Assembly (NCBI GenBank): GCA_964363945.1
Contig: CAYIKF010000003.1
Coordinates: 5,693-38,869 of the forward strand
DNA length: 33,177 nucleotides
Direction: 5' to 3'
Origin: an uncultured Gammaproteobacteria bacterium
Lineage (GTDB): Bacteria; Patescibacteriota; Microgenomatia; UBA8517; JACQJR01
Part shown: positions 7,199 through 15,442 of the stretch, piece by piece
Numbering within the stretch: the stretch's first letter is position 1
How the letters are laid out: each line of letters begins with the position of its first letter
Position numbers and translations under genes: made by a program
Notes under the pieces: model-generated
What the model was told of the DNA's origin: nothing
The model's input: the letters and a program-made list of their open reading frames with translations, nothing else
The model's database searches: none

Positions 7199-8365
7199 TT
7201 ACACTGAATTATATACACGAAGTGTTTCTTTCGCCATATTTTGCCATGAGAATTGTTGGGCTCTTTTCTCGCCCTTTTCCACCATTCTTCGATGTTTCGA
7301 GTCATCAAGGCGCAATACTTCACCTATTTTTTGAGCAATATCACCAACATTGTAAGGATTAAAGTATGTTGCGGCATCACCGTAAATTTCATGGAAGACC
7401 GGAATATCAGAACATACCACGGGGCACCCTGCTGCCATTGCTTCAAGGCCAGGCAAACCGAATCCTTCAGATAAAGATGGAAAAACAAATGCTTTCGCGT
7501 TTTTATAAAGCAGTGCTAACTCATCATCAGGAACGAATCCTAAAAAGTTCACAAAAGAATCAGCTTTGATTTTGTTAACATATTGTATTAATCGGGCAGT
7601 GAAAACATTCCGTGCACTCACGATAACTAAATTGATATGCAATTGTTTTACTGCACTAATAAGTCTTTCTAAATTTTTATGCGGATACGCACTTCCTGTA
7701 TAGATAACGTAAAGTTTATTTATTAATGAATATTTATTAAGGATTTTCTGTGATTGGTGATTGCCGCCCTTGGCGAGCCTCGCCTTCGGCGGGGTGATTG
7801 GTGATTTGAAAGAATCGTCGATTCCTTCATAAATAACCGTCACCCTCTCTTCATCTAATCCATACTCTTTCAGCAACTCCTCCTTCACTGCTTGACTTGG
7901 AACAATGATCTTTCTAGCCTTGTGTACTGCATTGCTAAATACCATCTTATATCCTGTATACTTTAGCCAATAAAGAAACGGCGCACGTGTTGTGGTTGCG
8001 GATCCCCGGGAAGTATGTTTTATTAAATCATGAATTGTGACAACAAATGGGCGCTTAAAAAAAAATGGTACATTAAAGTGAGGGAAATGGGCCAAGTCGA
8101 AATCTAAATTATTCAAAATCTGAGGAAGTCTAATTTGTTCTTGAAAACTGTAATGAGGACAATCTGGTTTGATAATTTCCATTTTCCATTTTCCATTTTC
8201 CATTGATTTTCCAATTTCTAATTTTTCAATTTGTGAATTATTAACCAAAACCACATGCTCATTCGCTGTATCTACAAGTTTCAGTTGACCAACCAAGTTC
8301 ATCACGTATCTGCCAATACCTGCATGTTCTAGTCCATACATTCGTGCATCAATAAGTATCTTCAT
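7199..8365 (-). CDS. GT4-family glycosyltransferase (start moved to Met25 of the track ORF)
   Basis: Canonical GT4 N-terminus MKILIDARMYGLEHAGIGRY begins at 8365, which avoids overlap with the upstream gene ending at 8380. C-terminal block FPSLSEGFGLPGLEAMAAGCPVVCSD ... FSWQNMAKETLRVY. Confidence 0.85.
   Translation of the reverse strand: MKILIDARMYGLEHAGIGRYVMNLVGQLKLVDTANEHVVLVNNSQIEKLEIGKSMENGKWKMEIIKPDCPHYSFQEQIRLPQILNNLDFDLAHFPHFNVPFFFKRPFVVTIHDLIKHTSRGSATTTRAPFLYWLKYTGYKMVFSNAVHKARKIIVPSQAVKEELLKEYGLDEERVTVIYEGIDDSFKSPITPPKARLAKGGNHQSQKILNKYSLINKLYVIYTGSAYPHKNLERLISAVKQLHINLVIVSARNVFTARLIQYVNKIKADSFVNFLGFVPDDELALLYKNAKAFVFPSLSEGFGLPGLEAMAAGCPVVCSDIPVFHEIYGDAATYFNPYNVGDIAQKIGEVLRLDDSKHRRMVEKGEKRAQQFSWQNMAKETLRVYNSV
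7750..7807. repeat. copy 1 of a dispersed GC-rich hairpin element nested between GTGATTG heptamers (putative miniature mobile element), inside a GT4 ORF
   Basis: 7757..7806 is 48/50 identical to 17702..17751. The core 7764..7792 is CCGCC-CTT-GGCGAG-C-CTCGCC-TTC-GGCGG, a two-stem hairpin. Flanking GTGATTG GTGATTG lies at 7750-7763 and GTGATTG GTGATTT at 7794-7807. Confidence 0.9.
8176..8204. repeat. perfect tandem heptamer array TTTCCAT x4 inside a GT4 ORF
   Basis: Read directly. CC dinucleotides recur at 8179, 8186, 8193 and 8200. Degenerate CCAATTT / CTAATTT units follow. The array encodes MENGKWKME. Confidence 0.92.
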
Positions 8366-8379
8366 AATATCGCCTGTGT

Positions 8380-9291
8380 TTACCAAAAAAACTGTCTGTA
8401 CTTCTCTAAAACCCAAATTCCCATCCCCACTAGCCATAGGATTGGTGTTGGATAACGTCCCACATAATGTTTCTTATAAAAAATCCTCATTGCTTCAATA
8501 GACGCGCGTGTTGCCATCTTTCGTATCTCTTTTGTCGCCACAGATACTTCCTTTGTATGTTTTTTAATTCCTGAGGATACTCCTCTATAGTGCAAAATAG
8601 ATACAGTTGGAACATACATTATTTTCCAACCCGCTTTTTTTAACCTGAAACAGAAGTCAATATCTTCCCCATACCAAAAATAATCTTCATCCCACCAACC
8701 TACCTTTTCTCCGGCTTCACGACGAACTATCATAAATGCTCCGCTAAGTGCGTCTATTTCGTGGGTTGTGATTCTTGGAAGATAACCCATTGTGTATCCA
8801 GAGAATAAACGTAATTTTGGGAACAGTCGCTCAAGCCCAAAGAAGTGGCAAAAAGCATTCCAGGGAGTGGGGAAACCGCGATGTGCCGCTTCATCCAGTC
8901 CACCATCGGGGGATTTTAATTTACAAGTTGCAGCCCCAACCTGTGGATGTTTATCCATAAAGCGAGTCATAAAACTGAGGGTATTTGGATTTACAATTGT
9001 ATCCGGGTTCAAAAAAAGAATATACCGACCTTTTACATAAGGCACTGCAACATTATTTCCCTTGGAAAATCCAAAATTTTCTTTGTTTTCAATAACTTGA
9101 TACTTGATACTTGACACATGATACTTCTGAAGTGCTTCCACGCTTCCATCGGACGAGGCATTATCAACTACAAATATATCCCATATATATCCATTTTTCT
9201 TTGAATTTTCGATTGATTGAATACACTGAGTAACAAAATTTTTTGCGTTATAATTGAGAATCACAATTGAAAGATCTGGATGTGTTTTCAT
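8380..9291 (-). CDS. GT2-family (GT-A fold) glycosyltransferase
   Basis: 303-aa ORF. LSIVILNYNAKNF ... VVDNASSDGSVEAL ... NFGFSKGNN ... LFLNPDT (DxD-type) ... GAFMIVRRE ... FWYGEDIDFCFRLKKAGWKI. ATGA overlap with the upstream GT4 at 9288-9291. Confidence 0.88.
   Translation of the reverse strand: MKTHPDLSIVILNYNAKNFVTQCIQSIENSKKNGYIWDIFVVDNASSDGSVEALQKYHVSSIKYQVIENKENFGFSKGNNVAVPYVKGRYILFLNPDTIVNPNTLSFMTRFMDKHPQVGAATCKLKSPDGGLDEAAHRGFPTPWNAFCHFFGLERLFPKLRLFSGYTMGYLPRITTHEIDALSGAFMIVRREAGEKVGWWDEDYFWYGEDIDFCFRLKKAGWKIMYVPTVSILHYRGVSSGIKKHTKEVSVATKEIRKMATRASIEAMRIFYKKHYVGRYPTPILWLVGMGIWVLEKYRQFFW
9095..9129. repeat. tandem heptamer array ACTTGAT ACTTGAT ACTTGAC ACATGAT ACTTCTG inside a GT2 ORF
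   Basis: Read directly. It encodes KYHVSSIKYQV in the loop between the DGS..EAL helix and the VIEN strand. Confidence 0.85.
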
Positions 9292-10478
9292 TGCGGATTT
9301 GCTAATTGGCGATAAATCTTATCGAGTGCGTTTGCTGAAGCTTCCCAATTATACTTCTCTCTCACTAATTTTCTTGCATTGGTAGCAATTTTTTCTGACA
9401 ATTTTTTATCGGTGAGTACACGCACTGTTGCCTCAGTCAAATCTTGCTCGGTGTTGCGAATAAGTGCATGTATTCCATCCCTTACATCCAGTCCCTCAAT
9501 ACCAATCTTTGTAGTTACTACGGGAACGCCTGATGCCATTGCTTCAAGAATTTTAAGTCGTGTCCCCCCCGGACCTTCAATCGGCGCAACTAATACATCT
9601 GCCCTCTCATATGCCTCACGAATATCGGGCATACCTTCGACAACTTCAATATCTTTACTTTGTAACTCTTTAACCTTTCGTGTTAAGCTCATACCTACAA
9701 TCAAAAGCTTTGCATTTGGAATCCTCTTTTTAATTCGTGGCCATATGCGTGTTGCAAGCACATCTACTGCCTCTCTATTTTGTAGCCATTTGAAATTACC
9801 CACATAAAGAATTCTTTGGAGACCGACGTTTCGTTTGTTTTTTATTGAAAAGTAATCAGTATCTATACCGTTAGGCACGATATCGACTGCCAATCCAGGA
9901 ACAAGCTTTTGCATTGAGTGCCTATCCGCCTCGGACATTGCAACAACTCTGTTCGCCCGTTGCCAAAAGTACGTCTCCCAAAACTTTATTTTTGCAATAT
10001 CAATCCACAAGAGTGGGCGTAAAAAAAACGGCGCTTGCTCTTCGACATAATGTTTATAAACAAGATATTCTACCGTTTGCTCAACAAGTAAAATAGGAAT
10101 GGATGTTTTGGGAATATGCGGCATAACATAGAATGTCTCCGCATGAATTAAATCATACGATACTTCCCGCAAATGTGCTCTCACTGCCTCTCGCTCTTGT
10201 GGAGACAAATTTCTCATCACTAAAAAAGGATAGAGAGAGAAACCTGTGAGTAAAATGTTACGCAGTGTCCAAGGATTATTAGAACGGGGAAATATCACCA
10301 CATTTTTGCAAAACTTCTTAAGTTCCCCAATGTAACGCTGCTCTCTTTCATCTTTTACCAAAGAAAAAAGGGTAATTTCATGCGTAAGCGATAAATTTTT
10401 GAGCAAGTTATACGAGCGGGTTTGCCCTCCGGATAAAAGCGGATAAGGAAGGTAGGGAGTAAGCATTAAAATTTTCAT
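9288..10478 (-). CDS. GT4-family glycosyltransferase
   Basis: 396-aa ORF. MKILMLTPYLPYPLLSGGQTRSYNL N-terminus and C-terminal block APIEGPGGTRLKILEAMASGVPVVTTKIGIEG. ATGA overlap at 10475-10478. Confidence 0.85.
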   Translation of the reverse strand: MKILMLTPYLPYPLLSGGQTRSYNLLKNLSLTHEITLFSLVKDEREQRYIGELKKFCKNVVIFPRSNNPWTLRNILLTGFSLYPFLVMRNLSPQEREAVRAHLREVSYDLIHAETFYVMPHIPKTSIPILLVEQTVEYLVYKHYVEEQAPFFLRPLLWIDIAKIKFWETYFWQRANRVVAMSEADRHSMQKLVPGLAVDIVPNGIDTDYFSIKNKRNVGLQRILYVGNFKWLQNREAVDVLATRIWPRIKKRIPNAKLLIVGMSLTRKVKELQSKDIEVVEGMPDIREAYERADVLVAPIEGPGGTRLKILEAMASGVPVVTTKIGIEGLDVRDGIHALIRNTEQDLTEATVRVLTDKKLSEKIATNARKLVREKYNWEASANALDKIYRQLANPQ

Positions 10479-11953
10479 TGTAGTTTAACCACCACATACT
10501 GATCTGTTTTCTCAACCACTTGGTACTTTTCCATAATTTCTTCTGTTTGCTTATCAAATTTAGTTGGATTTTGCTGAGCCGGTATAGCTACATAATACTG
10601 TGCACCAAGCCGACTAATCATTTGGTCCATTGGGAGCGTCACAAAGGGCCACCCTTGACGTTTCGTTTGATATAAGAATGCAGTATCGCCATTGTAGGGA
10701 GCGATGATTTTTGCGTCTTTTGGTATTAATCGGTCAGCTGCAGCGCCGGCAATAATAATTTCAGGATGATTTACTTTATAAAATTCTTTAATTTGATAAA
10801 AAGAAAATGCCAATCCTGCTGCGAGAACCCCCAGCACTGCCACGCGGGTAAGTAATTGGTTGAACGCGCGCAGCCGCCATAGCAAATACGTTCCGTTCGC
10901 GAGAGGAAAGACAATCGCTGGAATAAGTAGTGTTTGGTAGTAATCGTGCCGCACATTTGCGGTTGCCACTACCGCTATGTACAACAACTGTCCCGCAAGC
11001 ATTGAGTGTACAAACCAGGGGAACTTCCCACGGGAAGGAGAAAGAAGCCCAATGACAAATGGAACAAGCGCCCATCCTCCTAAAATGAGCTGACCGAGAC
11101 GCTGTCCAAATATCCACCACCAAAACGAGGGTTTAAATCTAATTTCATCTCCATTAAATGCCCATTCCCAAAAAGGAATACCCACAAAGTAATAATCGTA
11201 CCCCATCCATGCGCGCCAGAAGAAAACCGGGATAAGCGAGAGACAAAAAAACATCCATAGTTTTGCCTCTTTTACCGCCCCCCAAACACCATATTTCGTC
11301 ACCACGAGATAAAGCATCGGTATGCCATAAAAAACAATGTAAGGTTTAAGCAGTAGTGCTGTCGCAAAAAAGAATGCCGAGGTAAACAACTTCCATGACC
11401 GTTCGGTATCAATCCACCAGATAAAAAACCATACGCTTGCGAGTGCAACAGTAACGGTCAAAGGATCGGGAAGTATGACGCGCGAAAAATAGATATTGAA
11501 GGGAAGAACGGCAAAAAATAGTGCAGCAAGTAAAGCTACCGGAGTCCCCAAAAATCGTTTACCGATTAAATAGATAAAGAACAGTGATATAAGAGAGGTA
11601 GCAGCAGTGATGAGTCGACCCCACCGCTCAAGTGACCAGGAAGGAAATGCCTGATAAAGGAGTGCATGCACAGCGTTGAAAACGGGAAATTCAACAAATC
11701 GGTAACCCTTAGGATTCTCATATCCTGTAGCACTGCTTGAGATATTAAGATAGCGAGGACGAAGGAGATCAATCCCGTTCTGTACGTAAAACCGAGTGAC
11801 TGAGGCAGTATCTGCCTGTCGCCAAGAATGCCAGTCAGCAATAGGATTATCTATTTTGTAAAGACGAGCCCATAGTGCAATAAAAAGAATGAGTATCAAT
11901 AAAAGATACTCTGGTTTTGATAACCTTTTTATTATTCTAATAATTTTCTTCAC
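10475..11953 (-). CDS. polytopic GT-C membrane glycosyltransferase (ArnT / PMT / GT39-like)
   Basis: 492-aa, multi-TM ORF. The N-terminal region LILFIALWARLYKIDNPIADWHSWRQADTASVTRFY is typical of ArnT/PMT_2-type polyprenyl-phosphate-sugar-dependent transferases. Confidence 0.78.
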   Translation of the reverse strand: MKKIIRIIKRLSKPEYLLLILILFIALWARLYKIDNPIADWHSWRQADTASVTRFYVQNGIDLLRPRYLNISSSATGYENPKGYRFVEFPVFNAVHALLYQAFPSWSLERWGRLITAATSLISLFFIYLIGKRFLGTPVALLAALFFAVLPFNIYFSRVILPDPLTVTVALASVWFFIWWIDTERSWKLFTSAFFFATALLLKPYIVFYGIPMLYLVVTKYGVWGAVKEAKLWMFFCLSLIPVFFWRAWMGYDYYFVGIPFWEWAFNGDEIRFKPSFWWWIFGQRLGQLILGGWALVPFVIGLLSPSRGKFPWFVHSMLAGQLLYIAVVATANVRHDYYQTLLIPAIVFPLANGTYLLWRLRAFNQLLTRVAVLGVLAAGLAFSFYQIKEFYKVNHPEIIIAGAAADRLIPKDAKIIAPYNGDTAFLYQTKRQGWPFVTLPMDQMISRLGAQYYVAIPAQQNPTKFDKQTEEIMEKYQVVEKTDQYVVVKLQ

Positions 11954-13295
11954 GGCTTTCCCTCTTCATACGTGTATTAATAATTCCTACAGATATTCCC
12001 AGAAGTGTCCAAAATATAAGTGCCACCTTTGAGGCCTCAAATACATCAATAAATGCTGCATTCGCAAGCAATCCCACTGCTGCCCCTACTGTTCCCACAA
12101 CCAACACATCAGAGGAGGCAAGAGTGCCCCCGTTTGGCCGAAACTCCTGTAGGAATCCCCACATTTTCTGTCCAATCCTCATCAATACAAGAAAAAACGC
12201 CAGTGTACCCACCACTCCCACTTCCCCTAACATGCGAAGGTAATCATTATCTGTTGCAAGGGTGATAGAGGAAAATCCGGTCCCCAGCAGAGGATTCTTA
12301 GAGAACGCGCGCAGCGCCCTCGGCCATTCAACATTCAGACGAATTGCAGTTGAGCGGTCTTCGAAAGCTGGTGGTCGAGGAGCGGGAGGAGGAGACAAAC
12401 CTTCTTCTTGTGCCCAAGCAATTTTTGTTACCTCAACTCTCCCAAATAGCTGCTGTAGGGTAAATTTATACTTACCAGCCAAATCCGAACTAATTACAAA
12501 CGCGATACTTATTGCCATCATAAACACCAAAAAGGCTCGTTTCTTAAGGAACCAAAGCGTTACCACGAGTCCTACAAAGTACGCTGCGACGGAAATCCGA
12601 GAGGCAGCAGTCACGAGCAGCCACAAAAGACAGAGAGTAACGCCAAAGATAAGCGCTCTCCCTACAATATTCCTCAACGCAAAAAGATAGGCTATCCCTA
12701 TCGGAAGGGCAAGCACCAAAAATGCTGCCAAATCATAGTGACCCCCGAACGTCGAATGAAGCCGCGCTCCCGGCAACCATCGCAGTGCCAATCCTTTCGA
12801 AAATTCCGCATTTTGGGTTGAAATTACCGGAAAGCCAAAATGGATTTGTCCCAAGCCATACAAAAACACAAGAAACGCGGCGACCAGAAGCACCTCAATA
12901 AAGAAATATGCATGCTTTTCACTTCGCGCGAAGCTGTATGCAAGAAAGAAAGGAACAACGTATTCAATCCTTCTTACCCAATGAAGTAATCCTATATGCG
13001 GTACAACAGTGTGGGTTAAAAGGATACCGGAGGCAATTGACACCAACCCTGCTGCAAGGAACAGTAAGAATGCGCGGGTAATGCTGCTTTGAAAAAAAGG
13101 GCGATGATTTTGTACTAATTTTAACAAAAGAAATATCCCCAGAGCCGCGAGTAGAATATCTTCCATTCTCACTGCAACATACGTTCCCGGTATATTAAAA
13201 AGAGGAAACTTAGGATATAAAGGTATAGCAAGTAAAATTACCGCCAGACCCCATTTAAAAATAAAATTCTCAAATTCTACCAAGCGCGTGAACAT
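11937..13295 (-). CDS. O-antigen ligase / Wzy-type polymerase family membrane protein
   Basis: Polytopic ORF with a large Pro-rich extracytoplasmic loop (EEGLSPPPAPRPPAFEDRS) and a Wzy_C-like core (HSTFGGHYDLAAFLVLALP ... TAASRISVAAYFVG). The track ORF extends to 13346. Met18 (13295) is preferred because it shortens the overlap with the upstream gene. The exact start is uncertain. Confidence 0.68.
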   Translation of the reverse strand: MFTRLVEFENFIFKWGLAVILLAIPLYPKFPLFNIPGTYVAVRMEDILLAALGIFLLLKLVQNHRPFFQSSITRAFLLFLAAGLVSIASGILLTHTVVPHIGLLHWVRRIEYVVPFFLAYSFARSEKHAYFFIEVLLVAAFLVFLYGLGQIHFGFPVISTQNAEFSKGLALRWLPGARLHSTFGGHYDLAAFLVLALPIGIAYLFALRNIVGRALIFGVTLCLLWLLVTAASRISVAAYFVGLVVTLWFLKKRAFLVFMMAISIAFVISSDLAGKYKFTLQQLFGRVEVTKIAWAQEEGLSPPPAPRPPAFEDRSTAIRLNVEWPRALRAFSKNPLLGTGFSSITLATDNDYLRMLGEVGVVGTLAFFLVLMRIGQKMWGFLQEFRPNGGTLASSDVLVVGTVGAAVGLLANAAFIDVFEASKVALIFWTLLGISVGIINTRMKRESREENY

Positions 13296-14187
13296 AAATC
13301 CTACTCCTTGGTGTAATGATACCAAAAATAAACATGCGAAGGACACTTCCTATAAAAAGTAAAAGGCGCAAAAACGCAAAGGCCATTTTTGAATAATGTT
13401 TTTTGTAAAGAAGTTTGAGGCCCTCGAATTCACGAAGAACCGTTCCCTCTCTTGTTCCACTTGCTCCCCCGAAGTGGATTATTTTCGTTTTTGGAACATA
13501 CCACACCTCCCACCCCTTGGCTTTAGTCCGCATACAATATTCAACCTCCTCTACATAGAGAAAGAAGCTCTCATCAAACAAACCAATCTCGCGAACTACC
13601 TCTCGCCGAATTAAAAAAAATGCTCCTGTTACCCAATCAAGCGGCCGTTCTTTTGAATAAGCAGAGCTTGACTTCGTATAAAAAGACCTATGGGGATGGT
13701 ACGAGCCAAAAAAATCGCCTACAAATGGTACGTCATCAATGAGTGTTGCCCACAAGAACACTCGCGGTAAGGTCGGGGAAAATCCGCCTGTTGGTTGGAG
13801 CGTGCCATCGGCATTTACTAATTTACAACTGGCAATGCCAACCTTTGGATGCTCATCCATCCACATCACCATACTAAGTAAAGAATTCTCAATTAATTTT
13901 GTATCCGAATTAAGAAGTAGAATATAACGTCCCTTTGCCTTCTTCATCCCCTGATTATTCGCCGCCCCAAATCCCTTGTTATCTTTATTTGTTATAACCT
14001 GTAACCTGTAACCTGTAACTTTCAATTTGCGTAATGCTTCAACTGTTCCATCTGTTGAATTATTATCAATCACAATAATTTCATAGGTTATGTCCTTCGT
14101 ATACTTCTTCACTGACTCTATACACTTCAAAAGAAGTTCTTTTGTGTTATACGACACTATAATTATCGAAAGATCAACTATTTCCAT
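13270..14187 (-). CDS. GT2-family glycosyltransferase (paralog of 8380..9291)
   Basis: LSIIIVSYNTKELL ... VIDNNSTDGTVEAL ... NKGFGAANN ... LLLNSDT ... GAFFLIRREV ... FLYVEEVEYCMRTKAKGWEV. It is collinear with 8380..9291. The track start 14217 is possible, and Met11 (14187) gives a smaller overlap. Confidence 0.85.
   Translation of the reverse strand: MEIVDLSIIIVSYNTKELLLKCIESVKKYTKDITYEIIVIDNNSTDGTVEALRKLKVTGYRLQVITNKDNKGFGAANNQGMKKAKGRYILLLNSDTKLIENSLLSMVMWMDEHPKVGIASCKLVNADGTLQPTGGFSPTLPRVFLWATLIDDVPFVGDFFGSYHPHRSFYTKSSSAYSKERPLDWVTGAFFLIRREVVREIGLFDESFFLYVEEVEYCMRTKAKGWEVWYVPKTKIIHFGGASGTREGTVLREFEGLKLLYKKHYSKMAFAFLRLLLFIGSVLRMFIFGIITPRSRIYVHALGRI
13995..14019. repeat. perfect tandem heptamer array AACCTGT x3.6 inside the paralogous GT2 ORF
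   Basis: Read directly. It encodes KVTGYRLQV at codons collinear with the array at 9095..9129. Confidence 0.92.
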
Positions 14188-14746
14188 TTGTTCTAAAAAT
14201 AGTTTTGTACCATTCACGTATCACGAGAAGTAACAAACCAAGGGACAAAATTGCAAGTGAAACCCTTACATACGAATTGCTTCTGTAATACCGAACGGTA
14301 ATCTTTTGTTGAAATTCTCGCCCTTCGATTATGATTTCATCTTTTGGCTCTTTCGCAACAAAACCGTTGACAAAAAACGACTCCCTAAAGGGGTGAACGA
14401 TTTCCTCCAGAAAAACACTTCGGGTCAATTCTTTAATAAATATGGCTGCATCTTCTGGGGGATAATTAAGCCTGTAAGTTGGGATAGTAATGTTAAAACC
14501 TCTCCAACTTATAGTGCTCAACTCCTCCTCATGATATGCAAGAACTTCCTCACGCGATAAATCAGTAAAATAAGCTCGTCGGTTTTTATAATCCTCGGTA
14601 TCTCCCCGCTCGGTAGACTCCAAAGAGTCGGGCGGATTGCTCGGGAAAGGAGGCGTAGGAAGTATAAGATAAAAAAGAAAAATTCCTGAAAAAAAAGTAT
14701 AAGCGATAACAAATAAGGTCAAAAGTAAAAATTTGATAACTTTCAT
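14174..14746 (-). CDS. hypothetical bitopic membrane protein (N- and C-terminal TM segments, extracytoplasmic middle)
   Basis: The ORF was trimmed to Met38 (MKVIKFLLLTLFVIAYTFF) because the upstream acetyltransferase gene ends at 14751. I recognise no family. Confidence 0.5.
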   Translation of the reverse strand: MKVIKFLLLTLFVIAYTFFSGIFLFYLILPTPPFPSNPPDSLESTERGDTEDYKNRRAYFTDLSREEVLAYHEEELSTISWRGFNITIPTYRLNYPPEDAAIFIKELTRSVFLEEIVHPFRESFFVNGFVAKEPKDEIIIEGREFQQKITVRYYRSNSYVRVSLAILSLGLLLLVIREWYKTIFRTNGNS

Positions 14747-14750
14747 ATTT

Positions 14751-15353
14751 CTACTGAAACAATCTTGCGCGACCAATCCGATAGTTTGGATTTTTGTTTT
14801 TTCTCTCACCAATAACCTTTGCCGGCACACCGCCAACAATTGCAAATTCAGGAACATCCTCTGTTACAACCGCTCCTGCAGCGACTACCGCACCTTTCTT
14901 TATTTTGACACCAGGAAGAATTATTGCTCGTGGCCCGATAAACACATAATCACCAATTTCAACTGGCCCCACGATGGGTCTAAAATCGTCTGAATACACA
15001 TCATGCTCTGAATTATAGATAAGCACCTGTGAAGCAATATCAACGTGGTTTCCAATCTTTAGAAGCGCTCGCCCATCAAGAAACACGTGGTCGCCAATTA
15101 TTGAATCTTGCCCAATCTTTAAATTTCTTAAAGAAAAAAATCGGCAACCCATATGAATGCTCGAACCCGCACCAATCCTTGCACCCCCAAGACGCATTAG
15201 AAAGCGACGGAAATGATGGGAGGGAAAATTGCAAAGTAAATGAAGCCAAAATAAGGCAAAATCAGCTAAATAATTGTATAAACGGTTTGCAATCTTGCCC
15301 TGAGCTTCACGCACGGTCAACTCCCTCCCCATCCTGTCACGAAAAACAGCCAT
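14751..15353 (-). CDS. hexapeptide-repeat (left-handed beta-helix) O-acetyltransferase, WcaF/WbbJ-like
   Basis: 200-aa ORF with repeated [LIV]G-x4 hexapeptides ([29 protein letters not shown] ... [51 protein letters not shown]). Confidence 0.85.
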   Translation of the reverse strand: MAVFRDRMGRELTVREAQGKIANRLYNYLADFALFWLHLLCNFPSHHFRRFLMRLGGARIGAGSSIHMGCRFFSLRNLKIGQDSIIGDHVFLDGRALLKIGNHVDIASQVLIYNSEHDVYSDDFRPIVGPVEIGDYVFIGPRAIILPGVKIKKGAVVAAGAVVTEDVPEFAIVGGVPAKVIGERKNKNPNYRIGRARLFQ

Positions 15354-15442
15354 AACAAGATTAATTATAATTGGTCGCTTGATAAGAAGGCAAATGATAT
15401 TCTCTCAGCCTTAAAAGCAGTGTTTAACCTCTAAGGGGTTCT

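Noticed and set aside
10788-11123. Same-strand, out-of-frame ORFs nested in larger genes (10788..11123, 10771..10956, 11566..11841, 5876..6064, 18001..18277, 19928..20194, 26867..27097, 28432..28623, 3436..3618).
   Set aside because: They sit in alternative frames of well-supported long ORFs, their translations are Cys/Arg/Ser-rich and do not look protein-like, and I recognise no motifs.
12340-12420. GC/purine-rich stretch (GGTGGTCGAGGAGCGGGAGGAGGAGAC) in the O-antigen-ligase-like gene, as a possible further GC-rich inserted hairpin.
   Set aside because: I found no convincing inverted repeat. It simply encodes a Pro-rich extracytoplasmic loop (SPPPAPRPPAFE), and such loops are common in Wzy/ligase proteins.
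14747-14857. N-terminal extensions of track ORFs (14174..14857, 7199..8437, 22881..24422, 21874..22905, 25100..25996, 25969..27288, 27236..29962).
   Set aside because: The extensions overlap the preceding gene, lack family-typical sequence, and in each case an internal ATG gives the canonical N-terminus. That ATG often creates an ATGA stop-start overlap, so shorter coordinates were used.
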